From IMG/VR virus record IMGVR_UViG_3300027763_002499, positions 1-64,000 of that record: DNA of 64,000 nt. The stretch is one strand, 5' to 3'. The position numbers and the translations under genes are program-made. Below the pieces are notes generated by a model, which made no database searches, was not told the origin of the DNA, and saw only the letters and a list, made by a program, of their open reading frames with translations. Positions 45,999-54,834 of the stretch are shown here, in pieces. Numbering within the stretch: the first letter of the stretch is position 1; every line of letters begins with the position of its first letter. The DNA comes from a virus.

Positions 45999-46274
45999 TT
46001 AAAATAACCTTTTTCTTGTACCTTCTCTTGCTGGTCTGCGTCCTTCAAGTTCATCTTTTTCAACCTGACGCAACCAGCGTCTACGGGCTTGATTTTCATC
46101 TTTTAATCTACGCACACATGGTTTTACATACTCCATGCGTTCGCGGACTTCTTCTAATAGGCCGCTTTCCTGAATTTTGTTCTTAAATTTTCTTAGAGCT
46201 TTGTCAACATTGCCATCCTTGACTTCTACTCTTGCTCCACCCTTTCTTGTGGAACTTGGCTTGTCTCTACTCAT
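45999..46274 (-). CDS. rpsU: 30S ribosomal protein S21 (bS21)
   Basis: [18 protein letters not shown]...[15 protein letters not shown]. Confidence 0.85.
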   Translation of the reverse strand: MSRDKPSSTRKGGARVEVKDGNVDKALRKFKNKIQESGLLEEVRERMEYVKPCVRRLKDENQARRRWLRQVEKDELEGRRPAREGTRKRLF

Positions 46275-47509
46275 CTTGCAATGACTTCTTTATTTTTATA
46301 GATCATAACAGGCAAGTGGTCCTCCACTGCTTTTTCGTTGATTATGACTTTACTTAATCCTTCATGTGATAATTCGGGTAGATTAAACTGTGTTTTTAAC
46401 AGAATATTCTCAACAATGCTCCTGATTCCACGAGCGCCTGTTTTTTTAATAAAACCAAGTTTGGCTATGGCTTTTCTTGCTTCGGGTGTAAATTCTAGAG
46501 ATACCTTATCCATTTCAAATATAGCACAATATTCTTTTTCAATGCTATCTTCTGGTTCAGTCATAATTCTAACCAAGTCTTCAATCGACAATTCATTGAG
46601 AGTTGTTATTACTGGTATACGTCCCATGAACTCGGGAATCATACCAAACTTAACAAAATCGTCGGGTTCAACAGCAGACAACCACGAATCAACATTTTGT
46701 TTTGCTGATTCTACTGTAGCATTAAAACCAATTTTTACCCCACCGGTCACACGCTTTTTTACTTCTTCTTCGAGACCAACAAATGCGCCGCCAAGGATAA
46801 ACAGTATATCTTTTGTATTAACAATGTTTGCTTCACTGCCCGGGTGTTTACGTCCACCGTTAACTGGTACACGACACTCGGTACCTTCTATTAATTTTAA
46901 CAATGCTTGTTGTACACCTTCGCCTGATACGTCACGAGTAATACTTGCGCTTTCACTCTTACGACCTTTCTTGTCAATTTCGTCAATGTAGATAATACCT
47001 TTTTCAGCTTTCTTAATGTCACCATCGGCACTTTGAACAAGACGATGAATAATACTTTCAACGTCGTCACCTACATAACCACTTTCAGTTAGTGTGGTAG
47101 CATCAGCAACAGCAAACGGAACATTAAGGCGCTCTGCTAATTTTTTAGCAAGCAATGTCTTACCACTACCCGTTGGCCCAATCAATAGTACATTACTTTT
47201 CTTAATAAGATTGCCAAAGATGTTATAGTGCAATCTTTTGTAATGATTTCTAACTGCGACGCTCAGTGCAATCTTTGCTGAGTCTTGGCCAACAACAAAT
47301 CTATCAAGATATGATTTAATTTCACTAGGGGTAGTTGTATCGTTAAACTCAATGTTTTTATTTTTATCTTTGTCTGAATCCAATGCTTCAAGGCAAAGAT
47401 TAATACACTCGTTGCAAATGTATGCCTTGTCCCCAGCAATTAGTGCTTGGACTTCGTCCCTATGCTTATTGCAAAAACTGCAATAGAGTGATATTGACTT
47501 ATCCACCAA
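46271..47509 (-). CDS. clpX: ATP-dependent Clp protease ATPase subunit ClpX
   Basis: Zn finger CSFC...[41 protein letters not shown]. Confidence 0.95.
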   Translation of the reverse strand: MVDKSISLYCSFCNKHRDEVQALIAGDKAYICNECINLCLEALDSDKDKNKNIEFNDTTTPSEIKSYLDRFVVGQDSAKIALSVAVRNHYKRLHYNIFGNLIKKSNVLLIGPTGSGKTLLAKKLAERLNVPFAVADATTLTESGYVGDDVESIIHRLVQSADGDIKKAEKGIIYIDEIDKKGRKSESASITRDVSGEGVQQALLKLIEGTECRVPVNGGRKHPGSEANIVNTKDILFILGGAFVGLEEEVKKRVTGGVKIGFNATVESAKQNVDSWLSAVEPDDFVKFGMIPEFMGRIPVITTLNELSIEDLVRIMTEPEDSIEKEYCAIFEMDKVSLEFTPEARKAIAKLGFIKKTGARGIRSIVENILLKTQFNLPELSHEGLSKVIINEKAVEDHLPVMIYKNKEVIAR

Positions 47510-47921
47510 AAGCTGCCTCTAATAATACAGGTAAGTTATCCAAGTCATCAAAGCAAGGAACGTCGATTGCATTGAGCAAAGCAACAAACTCGTCGTTACC
47601 ATCCTTCACATAAAATACAACAGGATTATCTAATTTGCAAAGTCCTAATGCCATGCGTATTTCTTGTTCAGTACAACTTGATGTATCAACAATGATTAAA
47701 TTACAATTATCAACCACATGCCAATACCAGACCCAAGCCTTTGGGTCTTTTGAACCTGATTCATTTACATAAAATGTAATTTGATTCTGAACTACCTTTT
47801 CAATTGTAGTTAGGGCTTTGTCTTGCCATTTTTTATCACTACCTATTAGACATATTGCAATGCCTCCACCAGGCATATACAATGTTGGTGGACTAACAAC
47901 ATAAACATTAGAATCGTTCAA
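47499..47921 (-). CDS. hypothetical protein
   Basis: 140 aa alpha/beta ORF. Confidence 0.6.
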   Translation of the reverse strand: MNDSNVYVVSPPTLYMPGGGIAICLIGSDKKWQDKALTTIEKVVQNQITFYVNESGSKDPKAWVWYWHVVDNCNLIIVDTSSCTEQEIRMALGLCKLDNPVVFYVKDGNDEFVALLNAIDVPCFDDLDNLPVLLEAAFGG

Positions 47922-47930
47922 AATACTTCC

Positions 47931-49280
47931 TTAATCTGATTTCTTTGGAAACACTGCTTGGAACCAGCCGCGACTGCGTTGCTGTTTAGCTAGTTCTTCT
48001 GCACTTGTCTTATATATTTTATCAATTTTACTTTCTGTTTGTTGCTCGGATTTGGTAGGAGCAGTCCATGCTTCTCCGGGAGTACCTGGTGGTGCAAATG
48101 TATTGTCTGGGGTTAGATAATCTCCCGGACGTTCTAAAGCATCATTGTCATTGACTGTGGATGTTTCAATATCTTTGTCAAATGCTTCAGACTTGGCACT
48201 ATCAACGGCTTCATTATATTCTTCAATCTCTTCTTCTGTTGAAGGATATGCTTTTATAGTATCTAATTCTTCAGCAGGTTCCTCTACAGATTGTACTACT
48301 GCTTCATTGGGTGCCTTAGTTGATGTATAGTTAGATGGGAATGGCCATAGCTTAGTATCGGGGATAAAGGGCTCAGGTACAGTTTTCTTTTCAATTGTCT
48401 CTTCTACAGTTTCATTATACGTTTCTGGTACAGGAGGTGGTGCAACAGTAGCTGGCAAACTTTCGCTTGGGCTTAACGGGCTGTTGCCCTCCTCTTCTCG
48501 TTGTTGGCGGAACCATTGGAAGCTGTACTGACTTGCTAACAATAAGATGACTGCTAATGGATCAAATACTGACACTATAATAATAATCACCCATGTCACT
48601 GCTTTTTCTAACACATTGGCGTCAGGATTGTCACCATAGACAAATGCCGCAATGTATTTGATAGGTCCTACTTCTGCTTCAACCTTGCGTACTTCAGCCG
48701 CAATAGGCGCTCGTTCTTCTCGTAGTCCTGCAATTGTTTTCTGCTCGGCTGTAATTTCAGCAAGAAGTCTAGTTCTTTCCTTTGCTTGGGATTTGCGTAT
48801 AGCAACGGCCTTATCCGCACCCGTTTCTGAAGTCGAGCGGCCCATGACTTGGTCCACTGCCTCATCGAGCTGTTTAAGTGCTTTGCGATTTGCATCTATG
48901 TTGTCCTGTGAAGTTTTAATTTTTTCATCATATACGGCAATTCTACTTTGTACATCGCCGCTTACCAAACTTTGATCACTGTGTGCTTTGCTCAGAAAAC
49001 CAAAGATACCCATGCTGGTAATAATCATTAGAATGGCCACTGCCATGCTCATGTATGCCTTAATAAAGAATGGGGCACGGGACCAGTTTAGTTTTAGCCA
49101 AATGGTAGCAATCAGTTTACTGATTTCAAGTGCTACACCCATAACAATAATAGGAATGACTGCGGCAGCAAAAATGCTTACTAAGCCTGCAACCGAATAG
49201 TATACGGCCACAACTGATATGCTAAGGCCGCTTATTAGTGCCAAGTAGGCAACTATTCTGTCAGATGTTTCAACTTTCAT
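47931..49280 (-). CDS. membrane protein with coiled coil and acidic Pro-rich tail
   Basis: 3 N-terminal TMs (ITSMGIFGFLSKAH), coiled coil, EVGPIKYIA, TM with FDPLAV. Confidence 0.75.
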   Translation of the reverse strand: MKVETSDRIVAYLALISGLSISVVAVYYSVAGLVSIFAAAVIPIIVMGVALEISKLIATIWLKLNWSRAPFFIKAYMSMAVAILMIITSMGIFGFLSKAHSDQSLVSGDVQSRIAVYDEKIKTSQDNIDANRKALKQLDEAVDQVMGRSTSETGADKAVAIRKSQAKERTRLLAEITAEQKTIAGLREERAPIAAEVRKVEAEVGPIKYIAAFVYGDNPDANVLEKAVTWVIIIIVSVFDPLAVILLLASQYSFQWFRQQREEEGNSPLSPSESLPATVAPPPVPETYNETVEETIEKKTVPEPFIPDTKLWPFPSNYTSTKAPNEAVVQSVEEPAEELDTIKAYPSTEEEIEEYNEAVDSAKSEAFDKDIETSTVNDNDALERPGDYLTPDNTFAPPGTPGEAWTAPTKSEQQTESKIDKIYKTSAEELAKQQRSRGWFQAVFPKKSD

Positions 49281-49621
49281 TCGTCCTCTTCCTCATACGG
49301 GGCCTGGAAGCTTGTGGCCAAACCCTGGTCTACTAATGCTTCATTAAGGTTAACCTTGGGTTCACCTGCTTCGTCGGCAATATATGCCCAACCTAGGACT
49401 CGGCCTAGTTTTGCTCGTTTTGTAATAATTGGTTCAATAACCAAACCATCTTTGCACAATTCAGTTAAGACAATTCGAACTTCGGTGTCTTTTCCTGAGC
49501 TTGCTACACCAAATAGTCTAATTTTTTGTTTGGTAAAAACATTGAAGCCAAGATCAAGTTCTACGTCTAGTGTGTCTGCACCGCGTACTTCAAGTAATCT
49601 AGCTGGATATAATCTTCTCAT
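49277..49621 (-). CDS. thermonuclease (SNase)-like protein
   Basis: DTLDVELDLGF...KIRLFGV...KLGRVLG...LNEALVDQGLA. Confidence 0.65.
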   Translation of the reverse strand: MRRLYPARLLEVRGADTLDVELDLGFNVFTKQKIRLFGVASSGKDTEVRIVLTELCKDGLVIEPIITKRAKLGRVLGWAYIADEAGEPKVNLNEALVDQGLATSFQAPYEEEDE

Positions 49622-50304
49622 TTTTCCTCTTTTGATTTTACTCTATAAAAAACATGGTTGCCAATTCGTTGAACCGAATCTTTGACTCGTTTCCATGCTG
49701 GTTGCCAGTTAATATATGTAGCATGGAAGTGGGTGGCTCCGTTAGTCGGATCCTCTATCTTGTCTGATTCATTGAGTACCACAAGAGCAACACCAACTGC
49801 CTGACTCCAAAGGAAGCCACTTGGCGATATAGTGTTTTTGTTGCACACCCACGAAAACTGACAGTTGCCTGCTTCACGCTGTTTAACTACTCCACATACA
49901 GTTTTTGCATAGCCTTCGTCTAATCTATTTAACGTAACTTTAGCAACTGCAACTTGTCCAGCAAGGCCTTCACCTCGACTTTCATAGTATACATTTTCTG
50001 CTAAACAGCGAACCTGTTTATCTGAAAGTGCTTCTTTTACTCCACCAATGTTATTAATATTAGTTTGTATTAAATTAAGAACGTCTTGCTCCCAGTGTTT
50101 GTTTTCGTGCAATACTATTTGTTTATCAAACCATTCGTGTATTGAGACAAGACTTATGTCTTGAGATTTTGAATTGTTTTTAACTTCTGCAGATGCTGTT
50201 GTAATAGACAACGCAAATGTCAGAGTCATTAAAAATACCGTTATTAGCAAACGTAAGGCCGCTTGCTTATACATGCCCGTGAAAAACTTAAGGGTCATGT
50301 GCAT
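49618..50304 (-). CDS. cell wall hydrolase (SleB/Hydrolase_2)
   Basis: CLAENVYYESRGE, VTLNR, TVCGVVKQ, CQFSW, DPTNGATHFHA, IGNHVFY. Confidence 0.9.
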   Translation of the reverse strand: MHMTLKFFTGMYKQAALRLLITVFLMTLTFALSITTASAEVKNNSKSQDISLVSIHEWFDKQIVLHENKHWEQDVLNLIQTNINNIGGVKEALSDKQVRCLAENVYYESRGEGLAGQVAVAKVTLNRLDEGYAKTVCGVVKQREAGNCQFSWVCNKNTISPSGFLWSQAVGVALVVLNESDKIEDPTNGATHFHATYINWQPAWKRVKDSVQRIGNHVFYRVKSKEEK

Positions 50305-50336
50305 GTTACACCTCCTTTCATAAGGATTACCTCCAG

Positions 50337-50855
50337 TCAGGCCTTTGACAATAAAATATCATCTAAGACTTCACCTGGGTTACTGTATCCATAATCAACC
50401 TGGGTGTAGGTTATATTATGCTTCGCCAGTAACGCCGCAATCCGTCGATCGACCTCAATGCTTGCATCAAGGTTATGCACACGGCCGCGATCATCGAACC
50501 ACGGGCCGCGCCCTAGAAATGCCACGTGATTATCGTAACGCTTCCAGAGTTCTACTACTACCCGCTCCCACTCTGCAGGATAATCTGCTGGAGCATAGAT
50601 AGCACTCAATAATACCGGGCTGTCGGTTATTACATAATCAACTTGTCCCGCAAGCCTGTGTATTCTTTGTACTTGACGACCGAATACATAAGCTTGATTT
50701 TCCAGCGCACAATGCCTGCCTTCCCAAACTAGGTCTTTAGCAACTTCCGTTACTAATTCTACATTCCACCCACGGCGTTTTGCTTCATGATACAAGCCTG
50801 ACGCTAAGGTGCTTTTACCTGCTCCTGGGCCAGCAATAACATTGATAACTTTCAT
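50337..50855 (-). CDS. NadR/Ttd14-type AAA_28 P-loop kinase
   Basis: AGPGAGKST, EVAKDLVWE, VITDSP. Confidence 0.75.
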   Translation of the reverse strand: MKVINVIAGPGAGKSTLASGLYHEAKRRGWNVELVTEVAKDLVWEGRHCALENQAYVFGRQVQRIHRLAGQVDYVITDSPVLLSAIYAPADYPAEWERVVVELWKRYDNHVAFLGRGPWFDDRGRVHNLDASIEVDRRIAALLAKHNITYTQVDYGYSNPGEVLDDILLSKA

Positions 50856-50894
50856 CTTATTATTGTAGCAAAATACTTATTGAAAGTCAAAGAA

Positions 50895-50917
50895 ATAGGG
50901 CACTCAATGTGCCCTAT
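50895..50917 (-). terminator. intrinsic terminator
   Basis: ATAGGGCAC-N5-GTGCCCTAT followed by a T-rich run on the minus strand. Confidence 0.65.
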
Positions 50918-50974
50918 CTAGCGGTGCCGTATTTGGCGATTCTTAATTTTTTAAAAATTAATTTGCCATTAACA

Positions 50975-51334
50975 TTATACTTTATCCCAATACATACGGT
51001 TATTTTGTTGATAAAAGAGGTCTTTCTTGAGTGCTATCATGTCATCGGGGGAAATTCTATACTGGTGGCCAATACCATTGTGATAAATTGAAATTCTAAC
51101 GTAAGCGCACGGAACTCTAGGTTCGGGTGTATGCCATTTAAGTTGAACAAGCCAGTGCTGGTTGGATATGTCTTTAACAAAGCCTTCTCCGGCATAATAT
51201 GTTTCGAGCATTTCTTGTAACACTGGTGTAGGCAGATTAAATGTTTGTGCGTATTGCTCGCTTACCATAATGGTAAGGTCAGATGTGCCTTTGTCTTTAA
51301 ACACATAAAGCTTGAATGTTTTTGAAAAATTCAT
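50975..51334 (-). CDS. hypothetical protein
   Basis: 119 aa. Confidence 0.55.
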   Translation of the reverse strand: MNFSKTFKLYVFKDKGTSDLTIMVSEQYAQTFNLPTPVLQEMLETYYAGEGFVKDISNQHWLVQLKWHTPEPRVPCAYVRISIYHNGIGHQYRISPDDMIALKKDLFYQQNNRMYWDKV

Positions 51335-51338
51335 TTGT

Positions 51339-52481
51339 TTACTGCTTTACAAAAATAATATTACCAAAGTCTGACATGATAGACCCGTTACGCTCAATGA
51401 TCCAATCTATCCACGTTGAATATCCATTTCTAGAATCTATAAAATTAGGATTTGAATATGCAATGGAACTGGTTTTATCTGCCAACGAAAATTTCTGAAT
51501 CCACACTCCCTTGTATAGGTCGCTTGCACCTTCAGAGCTTCCACCTGTTCTTAGAACATATATAGAATTTGTATTTTTAGAATATACAAAATCTAATACA
51601 ATCCTGGCTCCATCAACTGGGGGTATTACCATAGAAGGTGTACCAGTAAATTTATTATTACCGGGGTTTAGTTCAATCGCTGTTGGTTCAGCATAACCCC
51701 ATTCAATTGCACCATACACCAAATCAAATTTACCATCGTTGTTTACGTCAATGGCTTCAACTTGAAATACTGTTTTTTGTGTTGGTGGAAATGCATATTC
51801 ACTTGAGCGAACAAACTTGCCAGTCTTGTCATTTATATAAACAACCAGGCCATTGAATGTAGTAACAACAACATCAGGGTAGCCGTCGCCATTGAAATCG
51901 TTTGCACTGCCACCGTGATAAAAACCTGTGTCAGATTCCGATGCTGTAAGATAATCTGTCTTGTATCTACCATTGGATTGGCTTAACACAATACGATTGC
52001 GTTCTCCGGGAAAAGGCATAGTATCATATCCATGACAAACAATTACAAAGTCTAACACACCATCTTGGTTGTAATCTGCTGGTAGAACTTTCCTAGGATG
52101 GATACACATTGGAACAGATTCATCAACTATGGGATTTGTGGTCCACGATCCATTAACCTGTTTCCACATTGTTAATATTGCAGGAGGAGCATTGTTAGCA
52201 GTGTGACGATCCAAATAATAATTTAAGCTAGTGGTTATTAAACCTTGAGTATCATCATTATATTTGAAAAAGGAACGAGCATTAATTTGTTTATTTAATT
52301 GTAGTAGGTCTACATAAAATCCGGGATTCTTTGAGTTTTCGTAAGAACTTAAACTATATGTAACCTTTGCCGCGGGTGGTACTGGATCAACAACAGGAGT
52401 AACAGCCGCTTGTCCACCACCCCCGCCGCAGGCCACCAGTAGTGTTGCAAATAAACTAGCTAAAATTAGACGAAGTTTCAT
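51339..52481 (-). CDS. FG-GAP/VCBS repeat lipoprotein
   Basis: lipobox LVACGGGGG; DYNQDGVLD, DFNGDGYPD and DVNNDGKFD repeats. Confidence 0.8.
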   Translation of the reverse strand: MKLRLILASLFATLLVACGGGGGQAAVTPVVDPVPPAAKVTYSLSSYENSKNPGFYVDLLQLNKQINARSFFKYNDDTQGLITTSLNYYLDRHTANNAPPAILTMWKQVNGSWTTNPIVDESVPMCIHPRKVLPADYNQDGVLDFVIVCHGYDTMPFPGERNRIVLSQSNGRYKTDYLTASESDTGFYHGGSANDFNGDGYPDVVVTTFNGLVVYINDKTGKFVRSSEYAFPPTQKTVFQVEAIDVNNDGKFDLVYGAIEWGYAEPTAIELNPGNNKFTGTPSMVIPPVDGARIVLDFVYSKNTNSIYVLRTGGSSEGASDLYKGVWIQKFSLADKTSSIAYSNPNFIDSRNGYSTWIDWIIERNGSIMSDFGNIIFVKQ

Positions 52482-52543
52482 AAAATCCCCAAATTGGTTT
52501 AATATAAAGGTTATTATACTCAAATTTATGAAACTTGTCAAGT

Positions 52544-53350
52544 TTATTTACAAATGGCCCTCTTTGCGTTGGTCAAAGCACCAAAATCCACGGCCCACTC
52601 TGATCCAACAGCTAGTTCCTTGGCACCTGTTGGATATTCATATTTTACCCCGGCTTCCTTTTGTATTTGTGCAATTGGAGAACGGAATTTAGTAAGGTCA
52701 TTGCCTAGATTAACATATGGTTTGGTATGTGGGAATTTCCATCCAGCCATTTCCTTAGTAGCATTGTTAATTACAATTTTATAATAACCGTGTGGGACAA
52801 TAACCTTACCCGGACCTATAAATTCATCGCCTGATCCATAGAATGCACCTACATAAATTGTATAAGGTTGATTATGTTGTACAGCCCAACCACGAATACT
52901 AGTTTCTAACAATTTCCAAATACCACGATTTAGACTGCCGTGTTGTGGATACATGTTGGTCATTAGGAAACTTTCGTACTCTACTTGTTCACTCCAAGAT
53001 AAGTCACCATCTGGAGCGGCATGGCCCTTGTCATAGCCTGTACCAGCATAGTCATCTGGCTTTGCACCGTTGGGAACTGATTTGTCTGCTACAAAGGCAT
53101 TTGTGCGTGGCCAGCAACCTAATGCATTTTTTGGAAGTAGCGTATAACTTACATACGCTGGAATTTTAACAGGTGCATCATAAGCAACCAAATATGCTTC
53201 ACGGCAAATTGGTTTTGCATCTCTGGTTGTTTCAGCAAAACCATATGGGGCATGAACTTTACATGCGGCAAGTGGCAATGGCGCACGTTGTTCCCATGCA
53301 TGTGATATGTTAGCAAAAAATACAAGTGCTAAGACGAGTAATCGTTTCAT
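52544..53350 (-). CDS. secreted DNA/RNA non-specific endonuclease (NucA-like)
   Basis: signal peptide; GYDKGHAAP, ESFLMTNMYPQ..LNRGIW..LE. Confidence 0.9.
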   Translation of the reverse strand: MKRLLVLALVFFANISHAWEQRAPLPLAACKVHAPYGFAETTRDAKPICREAYLVAYDAPVKIPAYVSYTLLPKNALGCWPRTNAFVADKSVPNGAKPDDYAGTGYDKGHAAPDGDLSWSEQVEYESFLMTNMYPQHGSLNRGIWKLLETSIRGWAVQHNQPYTIYVGAFYGSGDEFIGPGKVIVPHGYYKIVINNATKEMAGWKFPHTKPYVNLGNDLTKFRSPIAQIQKEAGVKYEYPTGAKELAVGSEWAVDFGALTNAKRAICK

Positions 53351-53376
53351 TGGAAAATCCTTTAAAACGATACTTA

Positions 53377-54834
53377 TCAATATACTGGTATATTATGTAG
53401 ATTTTGAAATTTCAGTGCATCATCCCAGGTGTTTACCAAGGGCTCACCTTTGATGTTAAGGCTTGTATTCATTAATACAGGACAACCGCTTTTTCTGTTC
53501 CACTCTTCCAATAATGTTCTAAAAGTTATATTGTCATCTTTTGATACAGTTTGCACCCTACTTGTTCCATCTACATGACAAACTCCAGGCAGTTCACCGC
53601 TGGTACACTTTGCTACAAACTGCATATAAGGACTAGAGGACACAGGCATGTCAAAGTATGCACCAGCATGTTCTTTTAGTACTGCTGGTGCAAATGGTCT
53701 AAACTGTTCTCGCTTTTTAATAGCGTTCATTCTAGACTTGGCTTTGGGTCCACGCGGGTCACATAGTAGACTACGATTGCCTAACGCTCTTGGTCCAAAC
53801 TCTGCTCTGCCATTTGCTACTGCTACTACTTCTCCTGCCTGTAGACGTTTGACCACAGCATCAATGTCAAGTTCACGTTCAATATCTGTGCCAAGATAAG
53901 GATGCTTCCATGTCAAGTGCTCTTTGGTATGTACGGCAACTGCTCCAATAGCACTACCAGCATCACCAGGGTTAGGCATGATCCAAATGTTGTCAAAGAC
54001 TTGACTGCGAGCAAGCCTAGCATTGGCAACACAATTTAATGCCACTCCCCCCATGAACACAAGATTTTTGCTCTTGATATTCATGCTCATACCAATTACA
54101 GTTTCTATCAGGTAATCTTCAACTATGCTCTGAACACATGCGGCAATATCAAACTTATTGGTGTTTAATGGTGCAGTCCACCAACGACATCCGCGATGTA
54201 AGTTATGTCTTAGTTTAAAATCTGGTGCTTCAATATATTCAAAGAATTCATTCTTAATATGGTTTTTAAGAACTAGGTCAACAGAACCATATGCTGCCAT
54301 GCCCATAAGAATGTATTCTTCTTCGTTGGGCTTTAGGCCAACATAATCAGTAAATGCTGTGTAAAACAATCCAATGCTATTGGGATAACGCTGTCGCCAT
54401 TTACACTTTAATTTATTTGCCTGACCTTCCCAGATGCTAACAGTATCCCATTCACCAATGGCATCAACTACAAGTACTGCGGCATCACTGTATCCGCTTG
54501 TGTAGTATCCAGCTGCCGCATGACTATGATGGTGTCCAACAACCTCCATTGGCAAATTATCCAACCCAACAAGTTTGAGTTGATCTTGAGGATTTACAAT
54601 CCAAGGTCTTTGTCCCGAGTAAAGTCTACGCAAATTCTTAGACCAAGGCTTTTCAAACCATACAATTTGAGTTGGTTCGCCGTACTCACGCATTTCACGC
54701 ACCATGTTAACATCTAACATAGTATCGTTTTTCTTTCTGCTATAGCGTTCGCTGTGCCCTGCCCAGAGTATTTTATCTCCATCAATCAGTGCCATACTGG
54801 CATCATGATTCTGGGCAGTGATACCCAGAATCAT
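53377..54834 (-). CDS. carbamoyltransferase (NodU/CmcH/TobZ family)
   Basis: HDAS, ERYSR.K, HHHSHAA, DAIGE, MGMAAYG, GGVALN, EFGPRALGNRS, REQFRPFAP, HVDGTSRVQTV, NTSLN. Confidence 0.93.
   Translation of the reverse strand: MILGITAQNHDASMALIDGDKILWAGHSERYSRKKNDTMLDVNMVREMREYGEPTQIVWFEKPWSKNLRRLYSGQRPWIVNPQDQLKLVGLDNLPMEVVGHHHSHAAAGYYTSGYSDAAVLVVDAIGEWDTVSIWEGQANKLKCKWRQRYPNSIGLFYTAFTDYVGLKPNEEEYILMGMAAYGSVDLVLKNHIKNEFFEYIEAPDFKLRHNLHRGCRWWTAPLNTNKFDIAACVQSIVEDYLIETVIGMSMNIKSKNLVFMGGVALNCVANARLARSQVFDNIWIMPNPGDAGSAIGAVAVHTKEHLTWKHPYLGTDIERELDIDAVVKRLQAGEVVAVANGRAEFGPRALGNRSLLCDPRGPKAKSRMNAIKKREQFRPFAPAVLKEHAGAYFDMPVSSSPYMQFVAKCTSGELPGVCHVDGTSRVQTVSKDDNITFRTLLEEWNRKSGCPVLMNTSLNIKGEPLVNTWDDALKFQNLHNIPVY

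Noticed and set aside
46338-46991. 217-aa plus-strand ORF, and similar antisense ORFs over clpA, the fibres and the spanin genes
   Set aside because: These are shadow ORFs antisense to well-supported genes, with no RBS or motifs.
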